Positions 60,933 to 64,000 of a stretch of DNA of 64,000 bases are shown here, piece by piece. The notes under the pieces were generated by a model, which saw only the letters and a list, made by a program, of their open reading frames with translations, did no database searches and was not told where the DNA came from. The stretch is from Macrostomum lignano (Eukaryota). Location: assembly GCA_002269645.1 (NCBI GenBank), contig NIVC01000305.1, forward strand, positions 485,845 to 549,844, in the 5' to 3' direction. Numbering within the stretch: position 1 is the stretch's first letter; each line of letters starts with the position of its first letter. The translations under genes and the position numbers were made by a program.

Positions 60933-62872
60933 ATGGCATCCCCAGTCAAGAGCAGCAGCATGCTGCAGTCCATGAAGTCGCTCGGTACTAAAGCCGCAGC
61001 CGCAGCTCTTGACTGGCTAGGCTCAAACGAAGCAACCAATATTCTCAACGATTCCACGGCATCCATGGAATTCGAACTTCGCCTTGCCGAACGAGTGCTT
61101 GCCTCGATTGATTGGTCTAACTATGCTGCCAGAAGTGCCACCGTCTGGACAAAGCATCAGCGTCCGTTGCCTAGCGACGCCAAGAGTCCAGCTCGCCTAG
61201 CGGAAGCTCGTTCGGCCGGTCTGGAAGCCCTCGACTGCGGCCTGCTGCGTTTAGCGGCGCTGCGATTTTCTGAATGCATCCGGCACGCCCAGCCAGGTAG
61301 CTCGGATCTTGCCGTGGCTTTCGCCAACCGTTCGCTGGTGTTCAAACGTCTCGGTTGCTATGCGGAAGCCATAGCCGATGCTGAAGCGGCTCTACGGTTG
61401 CCGTATGGCGACGAGCGGGCCGGTAAGCTGACAGGTCGCATCGCTGACTGTCAGAAGAGAATGTCAGTGTCGAAATCCTCAAGTGTTTCCCAGCCAGCAG
61501 CAGCATCTCAATCGTTGTTGCGGGATTTTAATCCCCAGCTGCCGCACGCCAGCGCCAAGGTGCAGCTCGCTCTGGCAGACGAAAGTCGCGGTCGCTGTCT
61601 TCTTACTCTTGAAGACGTCGATGTTGGAGACCTGTTGGTCTCTGAGCCGGCTTTTAGCGCCATTCTGCTGTCAAATCTTCGCGATAGTCACTGCTCAGCC
61701 TGCTTGGCACCTTGCCAACGGTTGCTGCCCTGTAGCGACTGCTCAGTTGTTGGCTTCTGCTCGGAGACTTGTCGGGATAACGACCCGGTCCACAGGGTGG
61801 AATGCGGATGGCTGGCTGGATGGCTGGACTCGGCATTCAATGCGAGCATTGGTCGGCTCGCTTTGCCACCGTGATCGCCGCTGGCGGTCCGGTTTCCGTT
61901 GCTCAGGCTGTTGCTAAGGCGAAGAATTTCAAAGATTTCGAATCGGTTTCGGATCTGCTGGCGATTATCAATCGGTGCTGGCTTTGGTAGCTGGAGAACG
62001 ACAGCGAGAGAGTCGCGATTTGGCTCAGCGAGTCGCCGTTGCCTGCCAGATGGCTCTGCTGCTCAGTGTTGAGTCTGAGTCAAATTCTCAGCTAGATGTA
62101 GCCGCCCCACTTGTTGCAGCACTGCTGCGCCATCTGATGCTGGTGCCGTGCAATGCTCACGATGTAACTGCATTGTCCGCTCCGCCGAGTAGGCTGACTA
62201 CTAGTAGTAGTACTGACAATGGCAGTTCGTAGATATTTCTGCCTGACTATCAGAGACATTGGGTCGGCTGTGTATCCTACGGCCAGTTTAATTAATCATT
62301 CTTGCGATCCGAATGTATCGCGAGTCACTTGTCCCGGTTTGAGACTGGAGATTCGAGCTCTCCGACCGATTGCTAAAGGCGAGGAGCTCCTTGACAACTA
62401 CGGTTGGCATTGGGCTGTGCATCCGAAACAGCAGCGCCAAGAAAGTCTTGCAGCTCAGTATTTGTTCGACTGCGACTGTGTTGCTTGCACCAATGAGTGG
62501 CCACTGTATGATGGCTTGTTGGCGTTGGAGCCTAGATGGATTGATGCGATTGCTAAGGACGATAAGAGCGAAGTCGAGGGTGCCGATAAAAACAATTTAG
62601 ACGATGTTGCCAATTTTGTTGTCGATCCAACAATCAAAGCCGAGGTGGAATCAACTGTCGGGGTTGTAGCCGAGTTCGTGTCCTCATTCTCCACTTCCGC
62701 GCCACTCTTAGCTAACGAGCTGAACTCGCGTTTCGAGGCCCGACTGTTGTCGCTAATCCGCCTGCTGCAGCGTCGTGTCAGACGGCCGCATCGGTGGTTT
62801 AACGACGCCGAAGAGTGCGTCAAGATGGTGTGGAGCGCGCGGGGCTGCTTGGACACCGGCGGGACTGACTGA
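60933..62872 (+). CDS. SMYD4: SET and MYND domain protein (SMYD4-like): TPR, split SET, MYND; three frame breaks as assembled (~61865, ~61958, ~62230)
   Basis: TPR LAVAFANRSLV; SRGRCLL...VGDLLVSEP; CSACLAPC...PCSDC...FCSETCR...HRVEC; CNAH; GSAVYPTASLINHSCDPNV; ELLDNYG; YLFDCDCVAC. Confidence 0.82.
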
Positions 62873-64000
62873 ATGCTGGTTGTGATGGATTGACAATCAA
62901 CTTCTATGCCATCTGTGCGTTTTTAATGCCATCTCAGCTAAAAGAATTGTTATTTGCAATGTCAGTAGTCCTGTTCTGGTATTTGCATGAAGTCTTTATC
63001 CTATCATATCAGTATTATTGTTTGCAGTGAAACAACAGGTGTATGTGCATCGAATTTTTTATGACGCTCTTTTTCTATATTTTAGCTTTGGAATAAGTCA
63101 ATAAAATCAATATTGTGTGCTCCGTTTTTTGGCCAGATTTTTTAATTGCATGATTCATGACTTATTAATACTTAGTTGCGAAATTTTGACACCGACAACT
63201 GATTATTCACCTTTATTACTTATTATATATTGCTACTAATATTGTACATCATTATTTATTTAGTAAGCATTTTACCCCTGTTTTACCATCACTTTTTCAG
63301 CTTTTTCTACCTGTTATGCTACAAATATTTGGCTCCAAAAGAATTTGTGCCTTCTCTTTAATCTGGTTTAAGCATGAATGCAAACATATCGAATTTTTTT
63401 AAAAATCACTAAGGGAGAGTTTTAGCATCAGTTGTTTTGCAAGCAGTTTTTATGGATAAATTTTACCGTGTGTATTAATTTGTTAATTAATATTTGCTAT
63501 GCTAAATAATATAAATTTTCGCAGATTGTCCCGAAGCTAACAAAAGCTTCCGAGTTGTGCAACTTGTTGGCGAATTCATTCATTAAATTTTATTTAAAAA
63601 ACTGGCAGTATGATTAAAAAATTGTGTAATTCTGTAGCTTTTCTTCAAGCTCACAGCCAGCTACTGACGGAAATTCACTGAAGGCACAGCACTCATACAC
63701 AGTTTTAAGAAAACAACCTTGATCATTTCTATGCAATCCTTGAGCCAGGCTCTTGGCAATTCTTGGCCAACAAAACCAGCTCATTAAGTAGAATGCATGC
63801 CAGACTTTTGTTTATTGGTAGGGAAAATATCCAGTTAGTCTAATTTATAAACAGGGCGTTTTTAGCAGGTTTTTAATCTTGTAAACTTGTTGTTTTTGTT
63901 GGAGAAGCACTTAGTTTTGTTTCGGCTTGCAGTCCGCTAGGGTGTTCGTTTTCATTCCTTGCGTTAGCCTAAATATAGTTGATAAGGTTGACATTATAAT

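Overview
Eukaryotic (metazoan) genomic DNA with GT-AG introns. It is probably a free-living flatworm such as Macrostomum, inferred from the trans-splicing signatures, TE types and minisatellite load; no database was consulted. The window has two compartments. Left (1-28.7 kb) is accessory and TE-rich: a cytochrome b561D-like gene, an intronless family-B/Methuselah-like GPCR, an LRAT/PLAAT (H-NC) protein with a 12 x 18-aa repeat, a 5'-truncated RTE-like LINE, a frameshifted ankyrin-repeat + cGAS-like (Mab-21/cGLR) gene and a hAT-type MITE. It ends in a decayed Ty3/Gypsy element carrying an extra 3' ORF, a hairpin array and a nested Penelope-like insertion with a hammerhead ribozyme. Right (28.8-62.9 kb) is eight consecutive + strand conserved genes: ZNG1/CBWD, DALRD3, PRELID3/SLMO, a C2H2 zinc finger, MICU1, a DGAT1-like gene lacking the catalytic His, SIRT6 and a SMYD4-like gene. 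Nearly every intron and spacer there holds its own minisatellite. The SIRT6 homology begins immediately after a 3' splice site with no ATG at the conserved Met position, as expected if the AUG-ending flatworm spliced leader supplies the start codon; this points to a trans-spliced, possibly polycistronic cluster. Single-base frameshifts in MICU1, ZNG1 and SMYD4 suggest consensus indel errors, so frameshift-based pseudogene calls are provisional. No rRNA, tRNA or CRISPR array is supported.
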